Below are positions 18,038-29,640 of a stretch of 64,000 nt of DNA, piece after piece. The notes below the pieces were generated by a model, which ran no database searches, was not told the origin of the DNA, and worked only from the letters and a program-made list of their open reading frames with translations. A program made the position numbers and the translations under genes. Positions within the stretch are counted from its first letter, which is position 1; every line of letters starts with the position of its first letter. Origin of the DNA: an uncultured delta proteobacterium (GTDB lineage Bacteria > Desulfobacterota > Desulfomonilia > UBA1062); the NCBI GenBank assembly GCA_963752595.1, contig CAVVYZ010000002.1:288001-352000 (forward strand), in the 5' to 3' direction.

Positions 18038-19175
18038 GAGTTCCCGCACAATCCTTGCCACCTGCAGACGCGTCCTGATCAAGATCGGCTCCCAGGCATT
18101 GAGTACCGGCAACGGTCTCAACAACCGCATGATCGAGCGTCTCTGCGACGAGCTTTCGCTGCTCAAGGACCAGGGAAAGGAGTTCGCCCTCGTGTCTTCC
18201 GGCGCCATTGCGCAGGGCAAGGCGATCATGAAGATCACGGACCCGAGCATTGCGCTGTCCCGGAAGCAGGCGTTGGCCGCCATCGGCCAGGGCAGCCTCA
18301 TCAGGGCCTACACCGATGCGTTCAGACGCTACGGATACACTGCAGCACAGATCCTCATCACCAGGGACGACCTCGATGTCCGCCACCGCTACCTCAATAT
18401 CCGCAATACCTTCTCCGCCCTCTTCGAACTCGGCGCAATTCCCATTATCAATGAAAACGATACGGTCTCTGTGGACGAGATCCAGTTTACCGACAACGAT
18501 ATGCTCTCGGCCATGATCATCCCCCTTGTGGAGCCCCAGGCACTGATCATCCTGACGGATATTGAAGGTGTCTTCATGGAAGACCCGCGTATCAACCCCG
18601 GCGCAAAGCTGCTCTCCGATATCAGGGATCTGAAAAGCAAAGATATCAAGACCCAGAGCGGAGAGGCTGGAAGCCTGGGAAGGGGCGGGATGAAATCGAA
18701 GCTCCAGGCCGCATATCATGCATCCATGCTCGGCATTCCCACGGTCATCACCTCTGCATATACCCCGCAGGTCATCAGTTCCGTGCTCGAAGGCCATGAT
18801 ATCGGGACATTCGTCCACCCGCGTAAACGCGGAAGACTCACACAGAAAGATCACTGGATGAGCTTTGTGACGAGGCCAAAAGGCAAAGTCGTCGTTGATC
18901 ACGGAGCAGCCGTCATGATCCTGGGCAGCGGCAAGAGCCTGCTTCCCTGCGGCGTTGTGGATGTCGAGGGCATGTTCAAGGCGGGAGACCCTATCGAGAT
19001 CGTGGAGCAGGGAGGAGATGTAATTGCCGTGGGTTTGAGCAACTTCACGACTGAAGAGGTCTCCAGGGTGAAGGGCGCGAACACCTCCCAGGTGTGCAGC
19101 ATCCTGGAAAAAGAATGTGACGAAGAGGTGGTCCACCGCAATAACATGATTTTGAGAAAGGATGCCGGGCAATGA
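18030..19175 (+). CDS. proB: Glutamate 5-kinase with PUA domain
   Basis: IKIGS, VSSGAIA, AAIGQ, PIINEND, GRGGMKSK, SLLPCGV. Confidence 0.96.
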   Translation: MDKSSRTILATCRRVLIKIGSQALSTGNGLNNRMIERLCDELSLLKDQGKEFALVSSGAIAQGKAIMKITDPSIALSRKQALAAIGQGSLIRAYTDAFRRYGYTAAQILITRDDLDVRHRYLNIRNTFSALFELGAIPIINENDTVSVDEIQFTDNDMLSAMIIPLVEPQALIILTDIEGVFMEDPRINPGAKLLSDIRDLKSKDIKTQSGEAGSLGRGGMKSKLQAAYHASMLGIPTVITSAYTPQVISSVLEGHDIGTFVHPRKRGRLTQKDHWMSFVTRPKGKVVVDHGAAVMILGSGKSLLPCGVVDVEGMFKAGDPIEIVEQGGDVIAVGLSNFTTEEVSRVKGANTSQVCSILEKECDEEVVHRNNMILRKDAGQ

Positions 19176-20425
19176 GCGAGAGTCTGGTCGTGAGCATTGC
19201 GAGGAACGCAAGGAGGGCATCGAGATCTCTCGTGAGCCTCTCCAGCGTACGTAAGGCGGATGCATTGAAGCATATGGCAAAGAGCCTGCGGGAGAATGCA
19301 CAAACACTAAAAGAAGAAAACGCAAAGGACCTGGAAGAGGCAAGAAAGAGCGGTCTTCCCCCCGCCATGATCGACAGGCTTACCTTGAACGACAAGACCA
19401 TCGAGGCTATGGCCGGAGCACTGGAAGAGATAGCTGAACTGCCTGACCCTGTCGGGAAGATCACCGGCATGTCCAGAAGGCCCAACGGACTCATGGTGGG
19501 GAAGATGAAGATCCCCATCGGGGTGGTGGCCATCATCTACGAGTCAAGGCCCAACGTTACGGCCGATGCAGCAGGTTTATGCCTCAAGTCCGGCAACGCC
19601 GTCATCCTCCGGGGAGGATCGGAAGCGATCCACTCGAACAGGGCCGTCGCTGGTGTTCTGAAGAAGTCTCTGGAAGCCTCAGGCATCGATCCGGATGTAA
19701 TAGGCTTCATCCCTGTAACGGACAGGCAGGCGATCTTCGAGATGCTCACCCTGGAGCAGTACATCGACCTCGTCATCCCCCGCGGAGGGGAGGGGCTCAT
19801 CCGGAGCGTGGTCGAGAATTCACGGATACCGGTTCTGAAACACTATAAGGGTGTATGCCACATCTTCGTGGACAGGGACGCCGATCTGGAGAAGGCCTAC
19901 AGGATCTGCCTCAATGCAAAGGTCCAGAGACCGGGCGTCTGCAATGCCATGGAGACCCTGCTGGTCGATGAGGCAATAGCGCATGAATTCCTCCCGGAGA
20001 TGATCAGCATCTTCCGGCATCACGGGGTAGAGATCAGGGGGTGCGGGAAAACGCGCGAGATCGTGAGCGATGTAGTCCCTGCTACGGAAAACGACTGGTA
20101 TGAGGAATTTCTGGATCTCATCCTTGCGGTAAAGGTGAGCGGCGATATGCAGGAAGCCATCGACCATATCGAGCAGTACGGCTCGGACCACACCGAGGCC
20201 ATCATCACGGAAAATTACACGCGTGCCATGGAATTCCTCAGGCAGGTGGACTCCTCCACCGTGCTCGTCAACGCAAGCACGCGGTTTTCGGACGGGGGAG
20301 AATTCGGGCTGGGGGCAGAGGTGGGGATCAGCACCTCAAAAATCCATGCATACGGGCCCATGGGCATAGAAGACCTCACCATCGGAAAATTCATCTGCTT
20401 CGGGGACGGCCAGATCAGGACATGA
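19172..20425 (+). CDS. proA: Gamma-glutamyl phosphate reductase
   Basis: [40 protein letters not shown]. Confidence 0.97.
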   Translation: MSESLVVSIARNARRASRSLVSLSSVRKADALKHMAKSLRENAQTLKEENAKDLEEARKSGLPPAMIDRLTLNDKTIEAMAGALEEIAELPDPVGKITGMSRRPNGLMVGKMKIPIGVVAIIYESRPNVTADAAGLCLKSGNAVILRGGSEAIHSNRAVAGVLKKSLEASGIDPDVIGFIPVTDRQAIFEMLTLEQYIDLVIPRGGEGLIRSVVENSRIPVLKHYKGVCHIFVDRDADLEKAYRICLNAKVQRPGVCNAMETLLVDEAIAHEFLPEMISIFRHHGVEIRGCGKTREIVSDVVPATENDWYEEFLDLILAVKVSGDMQEAIDHIEQYGSDHTEAIITENYTRAMEFLRQVDSSTVLVNASTRFSDGGEFGLGAEVGISTSKIHAYGPMGIEDLTIGKFICFGDGQIRT

Positions 20426-21053
20426 GGCTCGGTATCTTCGGCGGCACATTCAATCCCATCCACTTCGGCCACCTGAGGGCCGCCGAAGAGGTCAGGCAGG
20501 ATATCGGTCTCGAACGAGGTTGTTTTCGTTCCGTCTTATATCCCGCCCCACAAGGAGCTTGCAGGAGAGGTTTCAGCAGAAAAGCGCCTCGAGATCGTAC
20601 GGCTGGCCATACGGAGCAATCCTTGTTTTACCCTCTCATCTTTCGAGGTCGACCAGGGGGGTAATTCCTACTCCATCAGGACCATAGAGCACATACGGGC
20701 AGACTACGGCATCACCCCATACTTCATCCTGGGGCAGGACGCCTTTAATGAAATATCCACCTGGTATGAGTCCAGGAAGCTCTTCGACCTTGCTCATTTC
20801 GTGGTCATGTCACGCCCCAATGCAAGGCGGCCTGAACTCGGAGAAGTGCTGGGAGAGAAAGCCGAACTGTTTGCAAAGAGCGGGGACGGCTATGTGAACA
20901 GCTCCGGGAACAAGATAATATATCGTAGAGGTGACCCCGCTCGATATCTCATCGTCTCTTATCCGTGAGGTCTGCCGGCAGGGGAGATCCATCAGATACC
21001 TGGTGCCTGAGGAGGTTGAAGAATACATGAGGAACGAAAGGATGTACGAATAG
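20422..21053 (+). CDS. nadD: Nicotinate-nucleotide adenylyltransferase, two apparent +1 frameshifts (~20518, ~20924)
   Basis: [14 protein letters not shown]; after the first shift [27 protein letters not shown]; after the second [13 protein letters not shown]. Canonical position in proA-nadD-rsfS-rlmH. Confidence 0.9.
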
Positions 21054-21374
21054 ATGAAACCTTTGTGGAGCAAGGCGGTAGAAGCCCTGGAGGATGTGAA
21101 GGCGACGGATGTCGTTGTCCTGGATGTGAGCGGCGTCTGTTCTTTTACGGATTGTATCATCGTATGCACAGGCATGTCGGACAGGCAGATCAGGGCTATG
21201 GCCGAACACGTGATAGATACTGTCGGGAAGCCATTCGGAGCGGAAGGATTGGATACCGGCCGATGGGTTCTCCTGGACTATGTTGAGGTCATCATCCATA
21301 TCTTCCAGGATGACTTGAGGAAGTATTACGATATCGAAGGCATGTGGTTCGATGCCAAAAGGCTTAAAGGATGA
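21054..21374 (+). CDS. rsfS: Ribosome silencing factor (Iojap)
   Basis: KATDVVVLDV, WVLLDY..VIIHIF...RKYYDIEGMW. Confidence 0.95.
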   Translation: MKPLWSKAVEALEDVKATDVVVLDVSGVCSFTDCIIVCTGMSDRQIRAMAEHVIDTVGKPFGAEGLDTGRWVLLDYVEVIIHIFQDDLRKYYDIEGMWFDAKRLKG

Positions 21375-21781
21375 AGCTGGTCTTCTGCATGGCTGGGAAG
21401 ACCGAACGCGGCCCTGTAGGAGAGCTCGTAGACGATTACCGAAAGAGGATTTTCCGATATGGGCCGGTAGAGGTTATCGAGGCCAAAACCCTCAAACTCC
21501 AGAGCAGGGAGGGAACCCATGTGCTCCTGAGCCCTGATGGAGAGAGCATGACCTCGGAGGAATTCGCCCGGTTTATCGGGCAGCAGCAGTTGGGTTCGGT
21601 AAAACACATCTTTTTCTACACCGGCGGCTCCACCGGGTTTGACGAGTCGCTGGAAGAACATATTAAAAAAAAGATATCACTCTCCCCCATGACCTTCAGC
21701 CATCAGATGATCAGGATCATGCTGATGGAGCAGGTCTACCGGGCCTTCACCATCCTGAATAACGAACCCTATCACAAATAA
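21371..21781 (+). CDS. rlmH: 23S rRNA pseudouridine-1915 N3-methyltransferase
   Basis: ISLSPMTFSHQMIRIMLMEQVYRAFTI, PYHK. Confidence 0.95.
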   Translation: MKLVFCMAGKTERGPVGELVDDYRKRIFRYGPVEVIEAKTLKLQSREGTHVLLSPDGESMTSEEFARFIGQQQLGSVKHIFFYTGGSTGFDESLEEHIKKKISLSPMTFSHQMIRIMLMEQVYRAFTILNNEPYHK

Positions 21782-21961
21782 GGAAAAAGAAGTCCTCATC
21801 GGATGACATGAAAGCTCTTTGATTTTTCTATCTAACCAGGTCATTTCATACGATAATCCTATTGTGATAGGAAGACATATTCTTTATAATAGTTTATATG
21901 AATTGATGTATCGATTAACATACATTTGATGGGTAAAGTATTGTCACTACGGGGAGGGAGA

Positions 21962-22447
21962 ATGATGTATTCCAAATTGGTCAAGCTGATCGAGGACAAC
22001 CAGGACGAGCTGACAAGGCGGTCAAGCAAGGAACTTCTCAGCCGGGAAGAGACTCAGTGTTATCGAAGCCTTCCAGTGGATATCCTCAGCGAGCGCATTT
22101 ACGATGTGTACAGCAGGCTTATCTCATGGCTCAATAAGGAAAGGCGATCCGGAGATATCAAGAAATATTACACCGAGCTCGGGAAAAGGCGGTTCCATGA
22201 GGGAATTCCGGTCAGCGAAGTGATAATAGCCTTTATGCTCCTGAAGAGACATCTCTGGCTCTTCGTTACCGAGAGGCAGTTTTTTGATTCCACATATGAA
22301 TGCTATCAGGCCCTGGAGCTTAACAACAAGGTCGTTCTCTTTTTTGACAGGATTATCTATTTTTCCGCCCAGGGGTATGAAGAGGAACTGGGCAAGGCAG
22401 GGCAGCATAAAGAAGGGATCTTTTCAAAGCTGCTCAGGAAAAAATAA
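21962..22447 (+). CDS. Hypothetical all-helical protein (RsbRD N-terminal/globin-like)
   Basis: GGAGGGAG SD; YTELGKRRFHEGIPVSEVIIAF and FFDRIIYF..GYE pattern. Confidence 0.6.
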   Translation: MMYSKLVKLIEDNQDELTRRSSKELLSREETQCYRSLPVDILSERIYDVYSRLISWLNKERRSGDIKKYYTELGKRRFHEGIPVSEVIIAFMLLKRHLWLFVTERQFFDSTYECYQALELNNKVVLFFDRIIYFSAQGYEEELGKAGQHKEGIFSKLLRKK

Positions 22448-22483
22448 ATTTCTTGGGGGAGAATGATCCACATTCCCCTTTGA

Positions 22484-22942
22484 TTATTTTTCGGGTGCCC
22501 CGAGATCGAATGAAACCTTTATCTTGAAGACGCGGCGGGCGGGAAGGTCGAGGACATGTAAGCCCAGCCCACTTTCTATCTCGCGGATTATCTCTCTCGA
22601 TCTTGCGGCATCAGGGGTAATCAGGGTGAACCAGCAGTTGGGCTCGCCCGTCCGCACATAGTTGTGAGTTACCTCGGGGTAGGAATTGACGAGCGTTGCG
22701 TAATCGGGGATCCTCCCTTCAGGAATCTGCACGGCGCAGAGGGTCGAATGCCACCCGAGGAGCCTCGGGTTGATAACCGCGCCGATCCTCCTGATGAAAC
22801 CGCGTTCCTTCAGTGCCCTGATCCGATCAAGGGTCTCGTCTTCGGAGATGCCGATCTTGTCGGCCACGGCCTTAAACGGCTGCTCTTCAAGAGGAAGCGA
22901 ATCATTGATGATGGTGAGGATGCTCCTGTCGATTGCGTCCAT
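22484..22942 (-). CDS. ahbA: Siroheme decarboxylase subunit (AhbA/NirD, Lrp/AsnC fold)
   Basis: PLEEQPFKAVA, GFIRRIGAV, STLCA, PEVTHNY, NCWFTL; lies downstream of hemB and a radical SAM gene. Confidence 0.8.
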   Translation of the reverse strand: MDAIDRSILTIINDSLPLEEQPFKAVADKIGISEDETLDRIRALKERGFIRRIGAVINPRLLGWHSTLCAVQIPEGRIPDYATLVNSYPEVTHNYVRTGEPNCWFTLITPDAARSREIIREIESGLGLHVLDLPARRVFKIKVSFDLGAPEK

Positions 22943-22947
22943 GTTTC

Positions 22948-23937
22948 CTATACCTTGTACCAGCATACGGGGTCGGTTTCCAGGAGGTCCGAACGCACTT
23001 CAAAGGCCCTGGCCCTGCATCCGCCGCAAACAGCCTTATAGCCGCATCTCCCGCATTTTCCTTTGAGCGCCTCCGTGTCCCGGAGGAGGTTCAGATAGTG
23101 CGAGCGCTCCCATGCGGCGCAGAACCCTTCTTTCCTGATGTCTCCGCAGGGAATCTGCAGAAACCCGCACGGCTGGATAATGCCTGTGGACGAAACAAAA
23201 CCGAAATGAGTCCCTGCAAGGCATCCCTTAGTATGGACAGGTTCGCCCTTCTCAGCCAGGAGCCGGTAGAACTGAGGCGCGCAGGTTGCCTTGCATTCTA
23301 TGCGGGCCGCTTTGTAGACAAGGAAAAAGGTGTCCAGCATTTCTTGATATTCTTTGACCTTTGCAGGTTCGAGGTCGACCCCCCTACCGGTGGGTACGAG
23401 GAAAAACACGTGCCAGGCAATGACGTGTAAATCTTCGAGGAATGCAGGGAATGCTTCCATCTGGGAGACGTTCATGGCTGCCACCGTGGTGTTGACCTGG
23501 ACCGGGATTGAGTTTTTGATGAGGATTTCAATTCCGCGCAATGCGAGCTCAAATGCCCCGTTCCGGCCCCGGAACCGGTCGTGCATATCGGCAGTGACGC
23601 CGTCGAGGCTTACAGAAACCCTTGATATTCCTGCCTCTTTCATGCCTTGGGCAATCCCGGGGGTGATGAGAGAACCGTTCGTGGCAAGGGTCATGCGTAA
23701 GCCGAGCGACTTTCCGAACCGGGCAAGATCGAGCACGTCGGAACGCATCAGCGACTCGCCGCCGGAAAGGATTACGAGTTTGGTGCCTGCAGCTGCGACC
23801 TCTTCGAGAAGCGCATATCCCTCGCCCGTGGTGAGCTCACCCGGTTTGGGATCCGGGGTGGCGGAAGCTCTGCAGTGGAGGCAGTCCAAGTTACAGGATG
23901 AAGTGAGCTCCCAGGCGAGTATCCGCGGTGCTTTCAT
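22948..23937 (-). CDS. ahbD: Radical SAM/SPASM heme b synthase (AhbD/NirJ2-like)
   Basis: [61 protein letters not shown]. Confidence 0.8.
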   Translation of the reverse strand: MKAPRILAWELTSSCNLDCLHCRASATPDPKPGELTTGEGYALLEEVAAAGTKLVILSGGESLMRSDVLDLARFGKSLGLRMTLATNGSLITPGIAQGMKEAGISRVSVSLDGVTADMHDRFRGRNGAFELALRGIEILIKNSIPVQVNTTVAAMNVSQMEAFPAFLEDLHVIAWHVFFLVPTGRGVDLEPAKVKEYQEMLDTFFLVYKAARIECKATCAPQFYRLLAEKGEPVHTKGCLAGTHFGFVSSTGIIQPCGFLQIPCGDIRKEGFCAAWERSHYLNLLRDTEALKGKCGRCGYKAVCGGCRARAFEVRSDLLETDPVCWYKV

Positions 23938-24905
23938 TTGAGAATCCCGGCTATCTCCGGTGCAAAATAGGTGATGATCATATCGGCCCCGGCTCTCTTG
24001 ATGGAGATAACGCTCTCCATCATGCACGCCTTCTCGTCAAGCCAGCCCATGGCCGCCGCAGCCTTGATCATGGAGTATTCTCCCGAGACCTGATAGGCGC
24101 ACAAGGGCTCGTCGAACTCATCGGCAAGGCTCCGGATCACATCCAGATACGGCAAAGCAGGCTTGACCATAAGGATGTCCGCACCTTCCTCCACATCGAG
24201 TCGAGCCTCCCGGAGGGCTTCACGGACATTTGCAGGATCCATCTGGTAGCCTTTCCGGTCACCGAAGGCAGGTGCCGACCCTGCGGCCTCCCGGAACGGG
24301 CCGTAGAAGGATGAAGCGTACTTGACCGAATAGCTCATGATCGGCATGTACTCGAACCCGCCTTCGTCAAGGGCTTCGCGGATAATGCCCACGCGGCCGT
24401 CCATCATGTCCGAGGGCGCGACCATGTCAGCGCCGGCCTTGGCATGCGACAGGGCTACCTTTGCCAGGATCTCGAGCGTCTCGTCGTTCTCGACCTCTCC
24501 CTTGGGGTTGAGGATTCCGCAGTGACCGTGGCTTGTATATTCGCACAGGCAGACATCGGTGATGACGAGGAGATCGGGCGCTGCATCCTTGATCCTTTTG
24601 ATTGCCTGCTGGACAATCCCGTCGCTCTTGTGCGCTTGGGTGCCGTAGTTGTCTTTTTTTAAGGGGATTCCAAACAGCAGGACAGCAGGTATGCCCAGAG
24701 AGACGATGTGTTTGGCTTCCGATGCAAGCTTGTCGGGCGAGTACCGGAACCGGCCGGGCATGGCAGCTATCGGTTCCTTGACGGCCTTCCCCTCCTTTAT
24801 GAACAGGGGATAGATGAGATCATCGGCCGACAGGGCAGTCTCCCTTACTATTCTTCGAATAACGGGCTTCAGCCTCAACCTCCGGGATCTGTTCTCAGGA
24901 AACAT
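23934..24905 (-). CDS. hemB: Porphobilinogen synthase
   Basis: [46 protein letters not shown]. Confidence 0.98.
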   Translation of the reverse strand: MFPENRSRRLRLKPVIRRIVRETALSADDLIYPLFIKEGKAVKEPIAAMPGRFRYSPDKLASEAKHIVSLGIPAVLLFGIPLKKDNYGTQAHKSDGIVQQAIKRIKDAAPDLLVITDVCLCEYTSHGHCGILNPKGEVENDETLEILAKVALSHAKAGADMVAPSDMMDGRVGIIREALDEGGFEYMPIMSYSVKYASSFYGPFREAAGSAPAFGDRKGYQMDPANVREALREARLDVEEGADILMVKPALPYLDVIRSLADEFDEPLCAYQVSGEYSMIKAAAAMGWLDEKACMMESVISIKRAGADMIITYFAPEIAGILK

Positions 24906-24980
24906 CTCGTTCTCCCTTCAATCGGAATAATTATATTGCTTATCGGATTAGATATATAACCTGTTTTCAGGCAATGCAAG

Positions 24981-25595
24981 CTATGGAATGGCGAACAGTA
25001 CCGGGAGAAGCTCAAAACCATGGAGGCGTTCGATCACGAGCATGACCATGAAGATCAGCGGGAACCACATGACGCTGAAGAATGCCCTCCTGAAGAGACG
25101 CGTGTCAATGGTATATGAAGGCTGCTCACGATAGATAGAAAGTTTTGGGATGAACATGGGGGTCTTCTTCCGGTATTCCTCGAAGTCTTTGCCGTGGATC
25201 CGGTATAAATGCTCTTCTTCCCCGCGGATGACGAAGGGATAATAGAGGCAGAAGAGGATGACGATCAGGATAAGGACCAGGGTATTCTTAGAAACGAGGC
25301 CGATGCCGAGGGCGCCGATGAGGCTGAACAGGTACAGGGGGTTCCGGACCATGGAGTAGGGGCCGTCCGCAATGAGATCTTTTGTCTTGTGGCCGCTGAT
25401 GTATGCCAATGCCCACAGCCTGCCGAATGTGGCAAGGAGGATGAGTGCAAAGGCGATCAGATCGATTGCGATAGACAAAGCAAAGCTCAGCCTCCAGGAA
25501 GTTTTGGAGAATATGACGAGAAAGACGATCAGCGCACCGAAGATACGCGAAACCGCTATCCGGTATTTCTGGGAAAAATGTTCAGTCAGCCCCAT
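24981..25595 (-). CDS. Isoprenylcysteine carboxyl/phospholipid methyltransferase family membrane protein
   Basis: LIADGPYSMVRNPLY, EEEHL, EYRKKTPMFIP. Confidence 0.85.
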   Translation of the reverse strand: MGLTEHFSQKYRIAVSRIFGALIVFLVIFSKTSWRLSFALSIAIDLIAFALILLATFGRLWALAYISGHKTKDLIADGPYSMVRNPLYLFSLIGALGIGLVSKNTLVLILIVILFCLYYPFVIRGEEEHLYRIHGKDFEEYRKKTPMFIPKLSIYREQPSYTIDTRLFRRAFFSVMWFPLIFMVMLVIERLHGFELLPVLFAIP

Positions 25596-25728
25596 ATGTA
25601 CTGACAGTTTCTAGGATACATGCATCTCTCCTGTCAATCTTTTTCAAAGATTTGATTTGTTCAATGGTATTGAGTGTTGTACTAAAATCGTAATAAACAA
25701 TTCCATACAAAATTATCGAGGTGGGAGC

Positions 25729-26775
25729 ATGGCGATACATGCGGTTATCATGGCAGGGGGAAAGGGAGAGAGGCTTTGGCCGGTTTCCAAGCCGGGCATG
25801 CCCAAGCAGCTCCATTCGTTCGGAACCGGGAAAAGCCTTCTCCGGAGTACGTTCGAGCGGCTGAACGGTATCACCGGCAGCAGCAACATCTATATCGTAA
25901 CCAATGCGGAAATCGCGGGAAAGGTTCAAGAACAACTGCCGGAGCTTACCCCCGGGAACATCCTGGTTGAACCCGTGGGCAGGAACACTGCACCCTGCAT
26001 CGCCTATGCGGCGCTTCATATTTCGAAAAAAGATCCCGATGCCGTCATGGCGGTGTTCCCTGCAGATCACCTCATAGGCAAAGAGGCTGATTTCCATGGT
26101 GCCATATCCTTCGGGATCAATGCCCTTGCCGCATGGCCGGATGTCCTCATCACGCTGGGTATGGTTCCTGATCACCCGGAAACAGGGTACGGGTACATCG
26201 CGCCTGGAAATATCATCGATCACGACGGTGATTTCTCGCTCCGCCGTGTTCTCACATTCAAAGAAAAGCCTGATGCGGCAACCGCCCGGGAGTACATCGA
26301 CAAAGGATTTCTCTGGAACGCGGGAATGTTCATATGGCGGGTGGACGCCATACTGAATGCCTTCAGGGCGCATATGCCCCGGATGTATGGCCAGCTTATG
26401 TCCATGGGCGTTGGTGGGGAGATAACTGAGGGAGAGCTCCGGGAATTCTATGAAACGGTCGAGCCGATCTCCATAGACTACGGCATCATGGAAAAGGTCT
26501 CTTCCGCAGGCGTTATCCCTGCAGAGTTCGGCTGGGACGATATCGGCTCATGGGATGCACTGGGGAAAATCCTCCCCCGGGATGAATCCGGCAATGTGAT
26601 CAAGGGTGACGCCCTGCTTGAAGACTCGACGAACAATGTGGTTTGGGCAACCGACAAAAAAATCGTGCTTATCGGAGTGGAGGACCTTGTCGTCATCGAG
26701 GGCGAAGAGGCAATACTCGTCTGTCCACGAAAAAAATCACAACACGTAAGCAAGATAGCGAAGCGGATGAAGTGA
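25729..26775 (+). CDS. manC: Mannose-1-phosphate guanylyltransferase (no isomerase domain)
   Basis: IMAGGKGERLWP..PKQ, EPVGRNTAP, PETGYGYI, FKEKP, WNAGMF, SIDYGIME, WDDIGSW. Confidence 0.92.
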   Translation: MAIHAVIMAGGKGERLWPVSKPGMPKQLHSFGTGKSLLRSTFERLNGITGSSNIYIVTNAEIAGKVQEQLPELTPGNILVEPVGRNTAPCIAYAALHISKKDPDAVMAVFPADHLIGKEADFHGAISFGINALAAWPDVLITLGMVPDHPETGYGYIAPGNIIDHDGDFSLRRVLTFKEKPDAATAREYIDKGFLWNAGMFIWRVDAILNAFRAHMPRMYGQLMSMGVGGEITEGELREFYETVEPISIDYGIMEKVSSAGVIPAEFGWDDIGSWDALGKILPRDESGNVIKGDALLEDSTNNVVWATDKKIVLIGVEDLVVIEGEEAILVCPRKKSQHVSKIAKRMK

Positions 26776-27016
26776 ACAAGAGGCCGGCTCATCTCCCGGC
26801 ATTCCATGCGGTGGCTGGTTCAGCCGTGATCCAGGTGTAAAACAAGGCGCCCCCTGACCTGCCCGTGAGCCATATCCTACGAGGAACACTTCGCTCGCGT
26901 GCAGGCTCCCCGATCCCGATTCAATATTGAACTACAGTTTGGAATTACGGTTACCGATGAGATAAGATAATTTGCAGGTTGCATGTGCGCTGGACGGTCA
27001 GCAGTATGGGGTATCT

Positions 27017-27767
27017 ATGAAGATAGAAATTCTTGGTTGCAGCGGATCAGTGATGCAGGGATTCAATACCACCAGCATCCTGGTCAACGGAGACATCCTC
27101 ATCGATGCAGGCTCGGCCGCTTCCGTCCTGCCCGAATGACGGGTATCCGCGCCATCAAGCACATCCTGATCACCCATTCCCATATCGACCACATCAAAGA
27201 GCTGCCTTTCATCCTCGATACGCTGCTGCAACGGTCTCACGGGGTAACGGTCTGGGGAAGCAAGAATACGATCAGTGCCCTCAACGGGAATATCTTTAAC
27301 GGCATTATCTGGCCCGAGATCAGGGAGCTGAATAACCACAAGGATTTTGTGAAATTCCAGGAAGTCCCGGACAGGTGAATTCTCCGCAGGCAATGTCAGG
27401 ATCAGACCTATCCCGGTCGAGCATATCCCGGGTTCTTTGAGCTATCTGATCTCCGAAGGAGATGGCTATGTCCTCATCAGCGGCGATACCGGGTATAATC
27501 AGGCCCTTTTTGACCTGGCCTGCTCTCTTGGCACCGGTCTCAAGGCTTTTTTTATCGAGGTGTCGTTTCCAAACAGGATGAATGAGCTTGCACGAGCTCA
27601 CGCGGCATATCACGCCCATGCTCCTTCAGAAGGGGATTGCAGAACATGTGTCTCCTTCCACCCGCGTCATTGCCTACCATATCAAGCCCAAGCATATTGA
27701 CGAAGTAGTTGCAGAACTCCCCCCGAATGTTGCATATATAACAGGCGGGGAGGTGTTCGAATTTTGA
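27017..27767 (+). CDS. MBL-fold hydrolase (class II cAMP phosphodiesterase-like), frameshifted at several points
   Basis: MKIEILGCSGS..TTSILVNGDILIDAG from ATG 27017; THSHIDHI, IFNGIIWP, ISGDTG, IEVSFPN and HITP..YHIKP occur in successive frames. Confidence 0.8.
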
Positions 27768-28501
27768 GCGAAGTACTGGACATTGCAAAAAAAGACGGAA
27801 GATGGATCGAGTGTCGGAATTGCTCCGAAATCATCTTGACCAAAAAGCTCGTGGAAAACCTCTGGGTTTGTAATCATTGCGATCACCACTTCAGGCTTGG
27901 CGCCAGGGACCGTGTCAGGATAACATGCGATGAGGGGAGCTTTGTCGAACTCGGCATGGATGAGCAAGACGATGAGGGCGTTCCCGAAGAAGCGATTCTG
28001 TGCGGGAAAGGGGCCATCGACGGCAAGCAATGCTTCTTAGGCGTCATGGATTTCTCCCATAAAGGGGGCTCCATGGGGGTCGCCGTGGGACAGAAGATCG
28101 TGAGACTCATGAAAGCCGCCCAAGAGGGCTGCCTTCCTCTCATTATCTTTACCACTTCGGGTGGGGTTCGTATCCAGGAAGGAATCTGGGGGCTGTTCCA
28201 GATGCTCCGCACTGTCCATGCGCGGGATTCGATTGAGAGCTCCCCTGTGATCACGGTTTTTACCGACCCAACCACCGGAGGGGTCAGTGCGAGCTTCTCA
28301 GCCCTTGGCGATATCCTCATTGCAGAGCCAAAAGCCCGTATCGGATTTGCCGGGCCCAGAGTCATCCAGTCTACCGTACAATGTGCGATTCCTCCGGGGT
28401 TCCAGGATGCCGAGACCCTCATGGCAAATGGTTTCATCGACAGGATCGTACACCGCCGTGATCTTCGCAGCACCCTTTCATTCTTCCTGAAATGGTTCTG
28501 A
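27764..28501 (+). CDS. accD: Acetyl-CoA carboxylase carboxyltransferase beta subunit
   Basis: CRNC..CNHC zinc finger, GGSMG, SGGVRIQEG, PTTGGVSAS, GFAGPRVI; precedes folC. Confidence 0.93.
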   Translation: MSEVLDIAKKDGRWIECRNCSEIILTKKLVENLWVCNHCDHHFRLGARDRVRITCDEGSFVELGMDEQDDEGVPEEAILCGKGAIDGKQCFLGVMDFSHKGGSMGVAVGQKIVRLMKAAQEGCLPLIIFTTSGGVRIQEGIWGLFQMLRTVHARDSIESSPVITVFTDPTTGGVSASFSALGDILIAEPKARIGFAGPRVIQSTVQCAIPPGFQDAETLMANGFIDRIVHRRDLRSTLSFFLKWF

Positions 28502-29640
28502 AAGACATCTCACCGAATGTCTGGTCTTTGGGCCTGGAACGGGTAAGGATTGCCCTTGACCGTCTCGGCCGTCCCGAGAGATCCTACCCGCATGTTCTCG
28601 TTGCAGGCACGAACGGAAAAGGCTCAACCTGCATCTATCTTGAGCGAATCCTCTCCGCCATGGGGTTTCGTGTGGGGACAACCATTTCACCCCATGTGAC
28701 CGATTTTACCGAGCGGTTCAGGATAGACGGCCATAACGCCGCTGAAGAAGAACTGGCGAGCATACGCATGGAGATCGAACCGCTGCTGGAAGATATCGGG
28801 CTGACGTATTTTGAGTGGTGCGTAATCCTCGCAGTCATGATCTTTGCACGGCACCGTGTCGATTACGGCATTTTCGAGATAGGTCTGGGCGGCAGATATG
28901 ATGCGGCAAATGCACTGGATCCGTGCGTGTGCCTGATTACCGAAATATCGCTGGATCACGTCAAGTACCTTGGATCGACCGTTGAGAAGATCGCTGCGGA
29001 GAAGGCAGCCATTGCACGCACGGGCATGCCTCTCATCACCATGGCAACAGGTCCGGCTTTGGAGGTAATACGGTCTTGTGCAGCAGAATCCGGGGCCATA
29101 TTCCGGGAAGTGAACGCGCCGTCCCCGCACAGGACATCTCTGAAAGGATCGAGCCAGCCCATGAATGCAGCCCTGGCCGTGGAGGCTGCTCGTGCACTGG
29201 GCTTCAACCCGAGTGAGAATCAGCTCTCCTATGCCCTGTCGACTGCTTTCCTCCCCGGTCGGATCGAGGATATCGGGGGAAAGATTATCCTCGATGTGGC
29301 CCACAATCCGTCGTCTCTCCGTGAATTGATAAAATATCTTGATCAATCCGGTTTCCATGGGGTAGGGGTGTTTGGTGTTCTTGCGGATAAGGACTACCCC
29401 TCAATGATCGAGATGTTAAAAGATGTCTGCTCACGCCTGTATATAGCACCGGTGCAATCGGAGAGGTCGTGGAGCCCCGCCGACATGGAGCCCTTTCTCG
29501 AGGCAGGGAAAATCATTCGGTTCGGCAGTGTTCGGGAAGCCTTCCAGAAAGCGCTGTCCGAAGGGGAGACCATCGTGGTAGCCGGTTCTTTCTATACCGT
29601 GGGAGAAGTGCGGGAGTCCATTGTATGTACAGGATTCTAG
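28492..29640 (+). CDS. folC: Folylpolyglutamate/dihydrofolate synthase
   Basis: VAGTNGKGS, SPH..FTER, EIGLGGRYDA, LDVAHNP, GSFYTVG. Confidence 0.95.
   Translation: MVLKDISPNVWSLGLERVRIALDRLGRPERSYPHVLVAGTNGKGSTCIYLERILSAMGFRVGTTISPHVTDFTERFRIDGHNAAEEELASIRMEIEPLLEDIGLTYFEWCVILAVMIFARHRVDYGIFEIGLGGRYDAANALDPCVCLITEISLDHVKYLGSTVEKIAAEKAAIARTGMPLITMATGPALEVIRSCAAESGAIFREVNAPSPHRTSLKGSSQPMNAALAVEAARALGFNPSENQLSYALSTAFLPGRIEDIGGKIILDVAHNPSSLRELIKYLDQSGFHGVGVFGVLADKDYPSMIEMLKDVCSRLYIAPVQSERSWSPADMEPFLEAGKIIRFGSVREAFQKALSEGETIVVAGSFYTVGEVRESIVCTGF

Noticed and set aside
6787-19343. Long alternative-frame ORFs (6787-7734, 8374-9483, 10816-11583, 16793-17740, 18027-19343)
   Set aside because: These are antisense shadows of well-supported genes in GC-rich DNA and carry no recognisable motifs.
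20422-21053. Programmed frameshifting in nadD
   Set aside because: There is no slippery sequence at either site, and similar indels are scattered across unrelated genes.
26920-26931. Perfect palindrome TTCAATATTGAA upstream of the MBL hydrolase
   Set aside because: It is a single AT-rich 12-mer. I noticed no second copy and no adjacent regulator, so it could be chance.
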